Notes: generated by a model from the letters alone, not told the origin. Positions 38,961 to 54,162 are shown, numbered from the stretch's first letter. The stretch: 64,000 nucleotides of DNA from Octopus sinensis (GCF_006345805.1 NC_043004.1:33170001-33234000), one strand, 5' to 3'. Program-made: numbers and translations.

Positions 38961-40070
38961 CCATTTGATTTTTATTTTGATGTTGGTGTTGACGTACTTG
39001 AATAAATAGGTATAGAGAAACAAAAACTCAGCTATACAGTGCTTATGTTGGCAACCCAATTTTACTAAAACTTAGATTGAAGATACTATAAATAGAAACC
39101 ACCAATGTCTCTGTAGACAGAATATGAGCAGGCTTTCTCTGGTGAAACTATAAGAAGAGTGTAAAGTAGTCGATTGATCACCAAAGGAATATAAACTAAT
39201 TAGATTGATCCCGATTTGTCTGTGTATGGAGAGATAAACACCAATGATTTAGTCACTTTGTTTGGTTTGTTTTGTTTGGTTTGCAGAGTGAAGCTAAAAT
39301 TGCTCATTTGATTTTGTCTCCTGTCTATACTTGTGTGGATTTATATATATATATATATATGTTATTGAGGCATTGTTTTACAGACAGATGCCTTTGCTAT
39401 CACTGACCCTTACTTGTATCTTAAATAAAAGATCTCTTATTCCACATGGCTACAAAGGCATGCAGCAAGGAGAGAGTTCGTTGGCAGAAGAAACATCATT
39501 ACCGCTTGTAAGTTATGACTTTTGTAAGACACAGTAGAAATATAAACATAAGTTTAAACAAAATCACTGAAACACACACACACACACTTGCATGCACACA
39601 TACATATATCTATACATCCATCCATACATATGTCCATGAAACTTTAAGTAACATGAAAAGCTAAGTCAAACATTTATTCAATATATATATAAACACACAC
39701 ACACACATATATACACATTCATACACACACACACATATATATGATGGCCTTCCTTCAGTTTTCTACTCCAAATCCACTCACAAATCGTCGCTCAGCCTCT
39801 GGCTTCCCTAAGTGTCACATTGACTTAGGTACTACAGAGAAATATTGAACCGAAAACCATGCAGTTAAGAAACGAATATCTTAATCACACAGAATATCTC
39901 ACATTAGAGTATATTCTCTTTTATCTCAAAATGCTGTGTAGTGCTCTCTAAATTATTACATATTGTTAATATATGTACTGATATGCGAACTCGATTCACA
40001 TTGGTTGATTATGTACATTATTTACATTATTTACATTTGACGGATATTTGTCCTCATCTTGTTTGTTGTT

Positions 40071-40118
40071 AACACATCGTTTCGGCTGATATACCCTCCA
40101 GCCTTCATCAGGTGTGTT
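40071..40118 (-). ncRNA. Minimal type I hammerhead ribozyme motif, one core change, in a Penelope-like terminal fragment (about 39996-40165)
   Basis: ACAC-CTGATGA-A-GGCTG[gagggtatat]CAGCC-GAAAC-GAT-GTGT: stem I 4 bp, stem II 5 bp; U16.1>A. Confidence 0.7.
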
Positions 40119-40168
40119 GGGGAAATTTCGAACCTGGGTTCCAATTCCTAAGGTATTTTTCGATGTTG

Positions 40169-40169
<1 letters not shown>

Positions 40170-40235
<66 letters not shown>

Positions 40236-40291
40236 CATTATTATTATTATTATGATTATTAATATTATTATCATCATCATCATAATCCTTA

Positions 40292-40333
<42 letters not shown>

Positions 40334-40440
40334 CATCATCATCATCATCATCATCATAATCATTATTATTATTATTATCATTATTGTTATTATTATTTTT
40401 ATAATAATAATTATTATTATTATCACTATCATCATCATAA

Positions 40441-40477
<37 letters not shown>

Positions 40478-40480
40478 ACT
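40170..40480. repeat. (TTA)n/(TCA)n array
   Basis: Direct reading of the sequence. Confidence 0.95.
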
Positions 40481-40867
40481 GAGCAGCAAAAAAAATTATT
40501 GTCTGCTTCCCAGACAAATGGTGCTGTACTAAACTAAAAACAGTATGCTGATTCCGAATCTGAACTCAGAATTTCTGTACAACATCAGGATTTTGAGTTA
40601 TGCACATAATTATATAATAATACTACATTAGTATTAGGAATACTTAAGTTCAAGGTAAATAATTATTATAATAGTATATTAGTACTGTGTATATTATATT
40701 TATGTTCAAGGCAAATAGTATTATAATATAATGGCACATAGTATATTAATGTCAGGGAATGCTCACTTTAGTTTTGGTATGATCAGCTCAGAAATGTTTG
40801 AGACACTTGCTCTTGTGCTTATGTGCCATGCTGGCCTCCTGTTGTAGGAACCAGCAGTAGTCACCCA

Positions 40868-41300
40868 TCATGTGTGGATTGAACCGGCCTTGATATCCCG
40901 TTTCCATCTCAAATATGTCCTAGTGGAACCTCTCACCTTGCTCATCACTAACAGCATCAAGATTTGTTGGAAAAAAATCGAGATGAGAATGCAAGAATTG
41001 CATTTTAAGGACCATTTGGGTGTGGGCTTATCAAATTCTTTTGCCGAGATTTTATGGTCATACGGTTTGCTCATGTCAATCAATAAACAGACTTTATTGC
41101 TTTTGTCTTTCACAACCAAATCTGGTTTATTTGCCTTCATGATCCGATCTGTACATACTGGGAAGTTCCAAAGAATAGTTACATTTTCTCCCTCAGTTAC
41201 AACCTCAGGGTGGCACTTGTACCATTCGTCAGCAGTTTTGATTTTATAATGCTGACATATTATCCAATGTAGATATTGACCAACTCTATCATGCTTTGTT
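40868..41300 (-). mobile_element. RLE LINE fragment, same family as 6770-7378
   Basis: KHDRVGQYLHW..VTILWNFPVCTDR..KANKPDLVVKD..CLLIDMS. Confidence 0.88.
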
Positions 41301-41316
41301 GTTGTTGTTGTTGTTG

Positions 41317-41361
<45 letters not shown>

Positions 41362-41364
41362 GTT

Positions 41365-41885
41365 TGACTTTTGCTTTGTATTTGTACAAGTTGGCTCCAA
41401 GTCTCACCCAGAGACCTCAAGAGACAACAAGTTAGAAGTTCATGTTGGTGATATGCCTAGGGTGCCATATATTTGGTTTTGTATGCTGTATTGGTCTAGA
41501 GAATGTTTAAGAAACCATAAGAAAATTATAAGTCTGTTTTAAAATTTGAGATTACATAGAAAGTATATTTGCGTAGGATATGGGCAGTTCCCACTATCTT
41601 TTGAATTTTTGTTATTTTGGGATTTCTTGGTATCTGAACTAGGTAGCGATCAGCCCCTTTTGCTATCATTCCTAAGGTACCTTTGACAACTGGTATTGTT
41701 TTAGACTTGAGGTTCCACATTTTGCCAATTTCTATTTCAAGATCTTTATACTTGCTCAGTTTTTGGTAGGACTTGACAGATACATTTATGTCAATTGGGA
41801 CAATCATATCGATAAGGAGGCATGATTTTTGTCTGAAGTCTTTCAGTATAATGTCTGGCCTATTCGCATCTATCTTTCTGTCAGT
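41365..41885 (-). mobile_element. RLE LINE 3' end, second family
   Basis: RPDIILKD..IVPIDINVSVKSYQKLSKYKDLEIEIGKMW..TLGMI. Confidence 0.85.
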
Positions 41886-41894
41886 TTCTTGTTG

Positions 41895-41946
<52 letters not shown>

Positions 41947-41949
41947 CAT

Positions 41950-42200
41950 TATATCAGGGTTTGTTGTAACTTCCAGATGATAGCAGGCTTTCTATCTGTA
42001 GCCTACGGTACCATGCTGTTCATTCTTTTCAGCTAATACTTTCCCGATTATTCCGGCCATGCCAAGGAGGCAAACCTTTTGTAACAGTTCTAATGGGCAC
42101 TCTATTCCAATTTCCTTTGTATTCCTCTTGATGTCTTCTGATGCTGTTCCCAAGGAATCAACAATATTTGGCACAATCTTCACCTTCTTCTTTTTCCATA
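41950..42200 (-). mobile_element. RLE LINE 3' end, third family
   Basis: IVPNIVDSLGT..CPLELLQKVCLLGMAGIIGKVL resembles the R4/Dong terminal LQK..LLGTA.I.RKVL. Confidence 0.7.
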
Positions 42201-42939
42201 GCAGGGCTATTTTGTATTTAACAGGATTGTATATATCATCATCGGCATTGGCATCATCATCATCATCATCATCATCATCTTCGTTATTGTTTTTTTAATT
42301 TTTGTTCAAAATAAAACTCAGTTTAGACAGAAATGTTCAGTAAAGGAAGACCAGTTTGAAACAAGGAAACGGTTACACTGAAAACGGGGTTTTAGATGCC
42401 TAACATTGTATATTAAAGATTTTGAAACAAAAGATCTTGTTTTATTCTTTTCTATGATAAATCATTTCTGAAAAGCTAAAAAAAAAAAAAAAAGGAAAAG
42501 AAAAAGAAAAGCTTTTTATGTATTTTTCCTTTGTAATATCCAAATTCTAATTCTGAATTTGATATAGCAAGACCTAAAGAAAACAAAGCAAAACAAAAAA
42601 AAAAACAACAACAAAATACCAAAAATATGCAACAAACAGGAAGGAAGAAACCAAATTGAGAATTAATTTGTTTTACTTTACAAAAGTTGCCAAATAAAAT
42701 CAATAAGATTGTTTTGTTCTTTATATAAAGAAATCTAGGAAAAGTTCAATACAAGTAAGATTTTAATAAATAATTGAAATAAGAAATTGCAGCAAACCTA
42801 ATGAATTTCTAGAACAATAATTGATTTTTGCAGGGAAGGCCATTAGTATTTTATTGTGATTTTGTAAGAGAATGTTTACCATGAAAAAATGTATAAATGT
42901 AAAGAGTTTAATCTTTCCTAAAAAAAAAAACTATCTATA

Positions 42940-43920
<981 letters not shown>

Positions 43921-46283
43921 AGCGTGAGAAAGAGGGAGCGTGTGAGAGACATTTAAAAAAATTATTTATTTGTATGATTCAGTATAGAAAATGGCTTTGT
44001 AAATAAAATCTTAGAATGAAAGGAAAATTGATAATGCAATCAATTTGAGACCTAAGCTAGAAAAGTTGGTTATATTGAAGAGATAATGGAAATTTATCTA
44101 GAATGGTATTATAGCATATTAGTTAAGATTTCTTCATTGATTGGTTTTATCTTGGTGCAGATTATCACTTCAAAGTGTAACGAAATTTATTTAGTTTCCC
44201 AGTGTTTCAGAAAATTTACTTAAATAGGACAGAACACATCCCAACACTAAGAAGAATTTTATGTAGAATGGTTAAAAGTAGTTATGTAAATGTTTATAAA
44301 TAATGAGGTAAAGAACGACTGGTTTATCTTATGTTTAGAAATATATTTTTGACACTCAAAAGACAATGCTTAATGTTAATTTAAATTCTGCAAACTAGTT
44401 ACTTCATATCTTGTGCATTGGAGTGTGACAATAAATATCAATGGAACCAATCTCAAAATGTCATTCAGTGCATTTATTAATTTTCTTCCAGCTGGATTTG
44501 AAGTCTCTTTCAATACCAACCTGCCTAAGATGTTCATTCACTGCTTTTGAGTGACCCAAATTAAAATCTTCCCATGAAAAGTTTTTGCTTTATCCTCCAA
44601 ATACCAAATTAATTATGACAAAATTGTTTTATAACACCTGCTAAATAATGACAAAATAATTCTTTTAAATTCTTCATTATTTTCAAAATTAATTGAAATA
44701 GGCAACTTCAACAGAAGTATGGTAACAAAAGTATAAAGTGATCTAAATTAAAACCTTCCATCAAAATTCCATGTTATGTTCCAAGCATCAGTTTAATAAT
44801 AATAAAGTTATTTTACTAAAACCACCAACATTTTCAAAATAATTTGAAACAAAATCAAATCATTTCAAACAGAAATATGGTAGCAAAAAGGTTAAAGAGA
44901 CTAAAATAGTTAAAAATGTCAAATTGACATTAAAAATATGATTTCTAATTCAAATATATTTTGAGATGTACATACATATATAAATAGGAAGCCTAAAGGC
45001 ATTCACAGAATACCCTGACAGAAAAATGTGGTTGGACAAAATTACCTTGAAAAGACATACCAGTTCAGTACAAAAATAACTGCAGTTTTTAACCATCAAT
45101 TTTATTAATACACGCCTGCTTAGAATATATTTTTAAGTCAAAATAATAACTATTAAAGTCTGAACGTTTTTGAAAAAGTAAAACAAAACACTTTCCCCCA
45201 CAAATTTCTTATTCAATATCTGTGAAGACTTTTGACTTTTTGGTGTGATGCAAATATCAAACAACTTTTGAGTGGTCAGCATTTAGATGTTCTTGATACC
45301 TCAAGTCGTTTGTGAGGTTCTGCTTCCATCAAAGGCCAGCTAATTGGTCATTGTTAGTCACAGAAAACTGTCTGCAAATTTCTTCGTCACTAAGGCTCTT
45401 GTTTCTGTGATGAAATATTTGGAAGCAATGTTAAGCTGTTCGTTTGTTAGTGGCCCCTGGTAAAATATATATTGGTCAACATCACAAACAGTTTCTGTTG
45501 GTTTGCTTTCATTTTTGGAACTCATACAATACACTCACTCAAATTTGCTTTACTTTTCCATCTTTAATTTGACAGCCTAAAATAAAGAAGAATAAACAGT
45601 GAAAACAAAATCATTAGCATAAATCAATAGAATAGAATCTGTGCTTCAAAATGCTATATTACATGAATATAATTAAATAAAAGTTTATTCTGAAATAAGC
45701 GTAAAAGTTTGAAATAACAAATAAAAAAAGCAATTATTTTTGCACCAAACTAATAGGAAACGGTAAACAAATGTTTGTTTGTATAGGTGTTCCAATAGTT
45801 TTTGTTGATGTTAATATTGCTGCTGCTGTTTCGACTTTAGTTGCTATTAGTGTCACTGCTGTAGCTACTGCTGTTGTAGAGAATTTTGTGAAATACAGTT
45901 GAAATATTTTGTGACAACCTTGAGAAGATTGGCTTTTTAAAGTATAATGTTTAGCATGTTGTGAGAAGGGATTTCCTGATGAATTCGTCACCCACCCCTG
46001 CTGCTGTTGTTGATTCAGGTGGTTCATTTTCTCTGTTGGTTGAGAGTACAAAGGAGTACAAAGGCGTACAAAGGAGAATTTTGGGGTCTTTCAATTACTT
46101 CCTGGCAATGAGGACCCCTATAACTATGTCTGGTGTTGCTTTGAGGGGTTCCTATAACCCATGATTTGTTGCCATTTTTTTCTATTTCTCTTCTTTTCAA
46201 TCTTTTGGGCAGGAACACCTTAAATGGCTTTTACTGTCTGGTAGAAAGAAGTGGGCTCTTCTGTCCTGGATGCCTAGAGTTAA

Positions 46284-46503
46284 CCCTTCCATTACCATAT
46301 TTCTTTTGAGATTCTCTGTGTTTCCTTCAATTCATTTCAAATATAACAAAGAATTTAGTAAAATAACTTAGTTATCATTAAGCTAGTGTTAGAACAAAAA
46401 TTGTGACTAAGGTTTGGCAGAAGATTTTAATTCAAAACTTTTGAAAACAAAACTTTTGTACTCAGAGTCAGAGCTAGTTTCAGCCAAGTTGGTAACGAAA
46501 GGC
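46284..46503. mobile_element. piggyBac-like MITE with TTAA target duplication
   Basis: TTAA (46280-46283) CCCTTCCATTACC ... GGTAACGAAAGGC TTAA (46504-46507); similar ends at about 34774-34797 and 44872-44895. Confidence 0.75.
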
Positions 46504-47351
46504 TTAAAGTCTTCCTCACAGGAAGGTCTACTACAGGATGCAATTCTGGAATTATTTTGTGGTATTTTAGGTTCATTAGAGGGTGTATATCTATGAAGAT
46601 CACTGAACCACATTCGCTGAAAGTTGAATCAGCACTAACTATATGCCCATATTACGCCATGCAAGTGACCATGAACTGGGAACATACATCAGCACCAATT
46701 TTCCTGGAGATGGCCCTTGTTTTTCTCCTTCTCAAATATTGTAGGACCAGCGTGTGGGCAGGTATATCTCATACAATTTGTCCTAATGCTTTTGCCACGT
46801 CCTCTATTTTGAAACTGCCCCACACCCTTCCTCACCCAATATTGATAGGGGTTGATTTATCTTCATGACCATTGGAGGTAATATTAGTTTCAAATTTTGG
46901 CACAAAACCACCAGTTTTAGGGGAGGGTGGTAAGTCGATTACACCGACCCCAGTACCCAACTGGTACTTGTCTTCTTGACTCTCAAAGGATGATAGGCAA
47001 AGTCATCCTTGGAAGAATTTGAAGTGCTGCTAGCATTTTACCCAGTGAGCTAGCAATTCTATCAGCTTGCTGCCTTGTTCACTGGAGATGATACTGATAA
47101 GGGAAAGGGGAGCAGTTGTTTAACAACACCAGTAGCAGCAGAAGTAACAGTAGCTGAAGCTTTGCTCTGAGTTGCTATAATTTTTAATCTCAGAGTTTTG
47201 TTTCTTGCTAGTTATTGTTTTCTTTTTCTTCAAGGCTCAAAGCTCTTTGGTGGCATTTGAGCCTCCTGCCCCCACCCCCATCACAGGTCACCCTTTGCAG
47301 TGACCCATTCACATGATTCATCAACTGGATGACATTATGGCCTTTGATGAA

Positions 47352-47565
47352 AAGGCGGTGAGCTGGCAGAAACGTTAGCATGCCGGGTGAAATGCTTAGC
47401 AGTATTCTGTCTGTCTTTACGTTCTGAGTTCAAATTCCACTGGGGTCGACTTTGCCTTTCATCCTTTCGGGGTCAATAAATTAAGTACCAGTTGCGTAAT
47501 GGGGTCGATCTAATCGACTGGCCCCCCTCCCCAAAATTTTGGGCCTTGTGCTTAGAGTAGAAATG
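47352..47565 (+). mobile_element. SINE family B with 16-bp TSD
   Basis: TSD ATTATGGCCTTTGATG at 47334-47349 and 47566-47581. Confidence 0.9.
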
Positions 47566-47791
47566 ATTATGGCCTTTGATGGTTCATTAAAAATTGTAGT
47601 TCCTCTAACACTTTTTGTTGGTTCTTAGAGCATGTGCCTCCATCTCCTTTCATAGTGTTTAGAGAAAATCACCATCAACCATGGGGTAAGATTTTCAGTC
47701 CTCTCCCTGAACACGAATCACATGCTTCTTCACCCCATACCTTGGGGTTACCAATGTTTTGATTGACTGCCTATTCAGTATTTTTAGCACC

Positions 47792-48008
47792 AAAAGGCAA
47801 CAAGCTGGCAGAATCCTTAGCAGGCCAGACAAAATGCATAGCAGTATTTTGTTTGCTGCTATGGTCTGAGTTCAAATTCTGCCAAGGTTGACTTTGTCTT
47901 TCATCATTTTGGGGTCAATAAATTGAGTACCAGTTGAGTACTGGGCTCGATGTAATCGACCTGTGCCTTTCCCACAAAAATTTCAGGCCTTGTGCCTAGA
48001 GTAGAAAA
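47792..48008 (+). mobile_element. SINE family B
   Basis: Flanked by an AGTATTTTTAGC duplication. Confidence 0.82.
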
Positions 48009-48274
48009 GAGTATTTTTAGCGCCAAGACTATGGCACCATAATCCTGGCCGTGTATGGCACATTTCCTTTCCTGTCACGTCCCAAACAAAGTATCTTCAT
48101 GGTGCTATGTGGAATCCCACTTTATTATCTTTGAAGATGCAGAAATACATTCGGCAGTGCCTCTCTTCAATGAACAACTCTGAGTAACAAACTAGCACTT
48201 CTACATCAACCATTTGCTTCACATCATTGCAAAAGAATGGAGTGGCACCACTGGGGGCTGGAATCCTTCTGCCT

Positions 48275-48570
48275 CATCTACTTCTGAGATGCAAGAAGGG
48301 CAAAACATTGTTCTAACTGGTTTATCTCATGAATTGAAAAAAATCTGTTGCTGTGAATTTATTTCTCTTTTTAACCATTTTTCTTTTTATTTTCTATATT
48401 TTCTTTTTTCCTTTTTTCTTTCTTTCTTTTTTTTCTATCGCATAACTTGACTTTGAAAACGAACAATCTGGTGTGTTTATTTTAACAGCCTACCAATGTA
48501 TACAGTGAGTTTCTTTGCCCTAGGTGTCAGGGAGACACTCAGCAAGAAATAGAAACAAAATTGAAAGAGC
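48275..48570 (+). mobile_element. Extreme 3' end of the Dong/R4-like family, ending in (TAA)n
   Basis: QEGQNIVLTGLSH resembles QEVQKIVLTGTSH; 3' UTR matches the reverse complement of 6790-6880. Confidence 0.7.
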
Positions 48571-48628
48571 AATAATAATAATAATGATAATAATAATGAT
48601 AATAACAACAACAATAATAATAATAATG

Positions 48629-48686
<58 letters not shown>

Positions 48687-50069
48687 TAATAAAATCATTT
48701 ACTTGTTTCAGTCCTTAGGTTGTGGCCAAGCTGGGGCACCACCATCTTAAAGGATTTTAGTCAGATGAATCAACCCCAGTATTTATTTTTTAAAAGCTTG
48801 GTACTTATTCTATCATTCACGTTTGCCAAACTGCTAAGTTATGGAGATGTAAGCACACAAACACCAATTGTCAAGTGGTGGTGCAGGACAAACAGACACA
48901 AAGACCTACACAACTTAAATTAACTGAAAAGTTTTCAACTAGGAAGCAGAACCAATTTGCAATTAGAAATTGAACATCAGCTTATTTTTGTAGTGCTGTA
49001 CTCTGCAAATGTTTGCCATTACAGAGAACGTGGCTTTCTATTGTATTCCAATAGAGAAAGAGGAATAGGTGGCAATGCATCAATAAAATTAATTTCAATA
49101 TATTCCATATTCTGTAAATAAAGAATTCCTCATGCACAGAGGTCTGTAAAACGGTCAAAGAAGGTTAGTGACATATTGGTTGAAAGCAGTGTCGCGAATG
49201 AAACCTCATCAGACCTTTACACACAAACATAACAAGCGAAAACATTCATTAACACTTATTACGATCGGAACTATACACAAAAGACCTTAATTTTCACAAT
49301 CGGAAAAATTAGTTTATGAGTTTGTCTCATTCCCAATAGATTTGGTCTTGTTTTACAAGAATACAATTTCAGTATGATTCCAAGAATAGATAACTATGTT
49401 TAGCTTCAATCTGAAATGTTTTAGTTAATCATGCCATATTCTATAGAATATGGAGATGAGGAATTATAAGAGAAGCACAAGCCCGAACAGAAATCAATGT
49501 GTCTGATCTTAATCGATGATTTTACATAGCTGCCATCATTATCACATGATAATACAGTGTCCACAAGTGAGGTCAGAGTGGAGGTAAACATTTATGCAAC
49601 GATCACGAATTTATGACATAATTAAATAACTTCCAGCAAAACCAAGTCGTAAGGGCAATCCATTATATTGCATATCTTTAGTTTATTCAATAGTTTTCTC
49701 CTGATAATATTGTTCTTCGTATGAATATTCATGAAAACACATACATATGTACAGACGTACGTACATACATATGTAGATACATACACACATACACACACAT
49801 GTGCACACACACATACATACATATATACATAAACACATACAGACACACATACATACATGAATATACACATTCATGTATGTATACACATACATTCATACAT
49901 ACATCTGTACATATAAATATACATATATCTCTGTGCAGAAAAGTTAATCTTTTGTGCACTGTAAACTGATAGTAATTTCAATCAACTCTATTTTCCCACC
50001 AGTTCATGCATGCATATGGACGAACACATTCATATCAAGTCACACCCGAACACCCAGGCCCTCATGTGC

Positions 50070-50690
50070 GAACGCACACACACACACACACTATGCGTGC
50101 ACACACACACGTATACACACATACACACATGTATACACACACAAACACACTATGCGTGTACACACACATGTATACACATACACACTATGTGGGCACACAC
50201 ACATATATACACACACACACACACACGTACACACATAAACACACACATGTATACATACGCATACACACCTGTATGCAGACACACGTGTATACACACACAT
50301 ACACATACACGCATGTATACACACACATTCACACATGTATGCACATACACATGTATACACACACATATGCACATATATGCACACACACACATGTATACAC
50401 ACGCATACACATACATATGCACATACATGCATGTATACACACACATACACACATGTATGCACACACATGTATGCACACACATGTATGCACACACATGTAT
50501 GCACACACATGTATGCACACACACATGTATGCACACATACATGTATATATACACATACACACACACAACATACACACATACACACATAGACACATGTATA
50601 CACACACATACACACATGCATACACACATGCATACACAAACACATACACATGTATACACACACACATGTACACATGTATGTGTATGCAAC
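50070..50690. repeat. Degenerate (CA)n/(CATA)n array with CACACATGTATG subunits
   Basis: Direct reading of the sequence. Confidence 0.95.
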
Positions 50691-50826
50691 TGAGAATTGG
50701 TAAATGGAATATTTCTGCATTACCTGAGGTTTCACGTGGTTGTTGTTTGTAAACCTTGCTCAGTGGTGACACTTGAAATGAATAAGAGAAAATAAACTGA
50801 TCTGCCAATGCACAATTTTGCTCCCC

Positions 50827-50872
<46 letters not shown>

Positions 50873-51334
50873 CCTCTTTCAGTTCTGTTCCAGTGAAAAA
50901 GAAGCAGAAATGGATATGACAATACAGACCTGAACCGAGATTCTGGTTCCAATTTACAGAGGTTAATAGCTATATCGCTTGCTCTTATTTTAAAAGACCA
51001 TAAAAAAAATTGTCCTACGGAGCTCTTATTCACAAATAATACTGTCATAAACTCATGCTGATAAAGATATAAGATAGTATTCCTGTACTTTGGTATAAAG
51101 TTGTTGCATTTAGTCGACCTTCTGCCAGCCTATGAAGAGCCCTAACCCTTTAATTTATTATCTCTTTCAGATTCCTAAAACCTCGTCCATCAACAACTCA
51201 CTTTGGAACTTTCCAATCCTTTTTAAACATTACCCTGTCCCCAAACCCTACCTCCCCGCACACACATACACACACACTTCCCGTATGATACTCACTGTTG
51301 TATCATATTGCTTCCCACTGGTTCTATTAAAACC

Positions 51335-51568
51335 TATTTATTTATTACCCACAAGGGGCTAAACATAGAGTGGACAAACAAAGACAGACATAGGTATTAA
51401 GTCGATTACATCGATCCCAGTGTGTAACTGGTACTTATTTAATCGACCCCGAAAGGATGAACGGCAAAGTTGACCTCGGCGGAATTTGAACTCAAAACGC
51501 AATGGCAGACGAAATACCGCTATGCATTTCGCCCGGCGTGCTAACGGTTCTGCCAGCTGGCCGCCTTT
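51335..51568 (-). mobile_element. SINE family B, near consensus
   Basis: Flanked by a TATTAAAACCT duplication. Confidence 0.9.
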
Positions 51569-51903
51569 TATTAAAACCTGTTTCTCCTTCACTTCCATTG
51601 AGGTGAATGTGACATAATATGTTGCTTGTCACTCAACCATTTTGCAGTTTGAGTAAATTACGTATTTGAGTAGGACTTCAAATTTACTGTATATAAAACT
51701 AACAAATATTACACACTACATTTGTATTGAGTCCTGTCTTCGGTAATTGTTCACAGTTGTTTTGCACACAAAAGTACTTGTTATTAACTATACATACACA
51801 CATAAATACATACACACCTATATGCATACATATATCTTAGCATACATATGTACATACATAAACACATGGCATACATACATACATACATACAAACAAACAT
51901 ACA

Positions 51904-51935
<32 letters not shown>

Positions 51936-52664
51936 GGTTTCTACATGAAAAAGAAATCAGCCAGCTAACTCACACATAACAAATACACATTGTAAGTGGA
52001 ACAGTATAAATGTGTAAAACTTTTCACAAGTTTAGAATATGAATTTGTTTTTGTTATTTTCCATTCCAGTGATGGAACATTCTAGCTTTGTTAGAAACCA
52101 GTCCCTTCCACAGAGGAAGAATTCAAATAATTAAAAACAGAAGAGAACATACGTATATATATATATACACACACATACATACATACATACATACATACAT
52201 ACATACATGACATATCGAGCAGAGGTCAGCAATGCCCGTGCCAAGTTTTAAGTCCAATAAGGCTTGGACAACACCTCACAGGCCCTCCCCACTCTATTGA
52301 TGTTATCCAGAGACAAACCCGAGTAAGATGTCTGGTGCCAATATGAGTTAAAGATCCCCTCCCCATCAAATGTCCAACACCATTCCCTGCAAATCTGGTT
52401 TTGTATCAGAGTGACCTTCTCCTAGAGACATGCTTCAACAAGAGCTAAAGGGGTGCCTCCCTCCCAGTGGTTGCTCAGCATGCTGGACACCATCCTGGAA
52501 TTTCTGTGTGCCCATTCTATTGCTAGGTAGCTCTAGGTTCATCTGGTCTTTTAATAGGTCTTGTTTTCAGTCCTGCTGGCTTTCTAGCAACCCTTCTCAC
52601 CAGGCTAGCCTGGTGGGGGTGCCAGTTTAGTCGCCGACAACCCGACCATGCAACAGGTTGTACT

Positions 52665-52975
52665 GTTCTCATTGTTTGTTCCTTCTCAAGCCATGCCTGG
52701 CTCATAAGGGCCGTTTTTCTGGTTTCCTTGGCGTATAGGCTCCCTATCTGGATGGGACGCCGGTCTGTCACAGGTGAGCTGCAAGATGCAGGAGGAAAGA
52801 GTGAGAGAAAGTTCTGGCGAAAGAGTCAGCAGAAGTTCGCCATTACCTTCTGCCGGAACCGCGTGGAGCTTAAGTGTTTTGCTCATAAACACACACATCA
52901 CCCCATCTGAGATTCAAACCCACGATCCCTTGACTGTGAGTCTGCTGCTCTAGCCACTAGGCCATGTGCCTCCAC
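52665..52975 (-). mobile_element. tRNA-headed SINE family D
   Basis: Head GTGGAGGCACATGGCCTAGTGG..GGGTTTGAATCTC; GACCGGCGTCCCATCC motif shared with family E. Confidence 0.75.
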
Positions 52976-53773
52976 ATAACAGGTTGTGCTGAGTTCTATG
53001 TTACCAGTAACACTCATGAGAGCCTCACAAGTGACCTGACATACATACACACATACATACATTTATATGTATATATGTATGTGTATATATATGTATGTAT
53101 AATTATATGTATATATATATATATAATATATATATATATACACACATACATACATACAGACATATATATATATATAAATATAAAACATAAAAGAATATAC
53201 ACATGTATGTGTGTGTGTGTATGTGTGTACACATACATTCTGAATTATAAACATACACATATGTACTGAAACTTAATCATACAATCATATAGTCTCATAG
53301 ACACATAAACATAACCACGCACACACAAACATACACGTAAACACACACATACACGCACATGTTAACATACACATGAACAGACAGACAAACACAAACGCCC
53401 ACACTTGAAATGATGAGAAGAAAGTAATTCTTGGAGTATTTCTAAGAAACCACTTTACGTATCAATAAACAACTTTAGCATTTCGTTTGTGTTGCTCTTG
53501 TGCTGGTCAGCTCAATGACAAATTGTCAAATTGGGGGTTGGTAGAATAATTGCATTTGACAGGTGGCTTGGGTCAGCTAGCTATGGCGATAATGTCGGTC
53601 AAAGTTAAGTGGGCAACTGAAAAATGCTCTGACCGTCACAACTTTTGATACTCTATCTTCACACATATACACACATACATGCGAACCTATACAAAGACAC
53701 ACACTTAACACTCAAGCACATGATCACGTGTGTAGTACACACACATTATATGGCGGAATGACAATGAATGGAA

Positions 53774-53910
<137 letters not shown>

Positions 53911-54162
53911 TATTATTGATAATAAGGAGAATGAAGAATTTGAACATTCAGACTTTAAGTTTATTTCCAGGTAGCTTATTTATAATCAATACTGTACTTT
54001 ACAAGAAATAAACTGTAACTTCGGATGAGAATTAAAGGAAGTTTACCAAAAAATTGTACCATCTTAAGGAACCAGCCTTGGCATTTTAAATAGAGAAATT
54101 CGGTATCTGCCTAGATATTATATCCCTCCTCTAATGCTATATATATATGTAGATATGATGAT

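Noticed and set aside
49138-49215. CTGATGAGG on the minus strand within a 7-bp inverted repeat
   Set aside because: No downstream GAAA box
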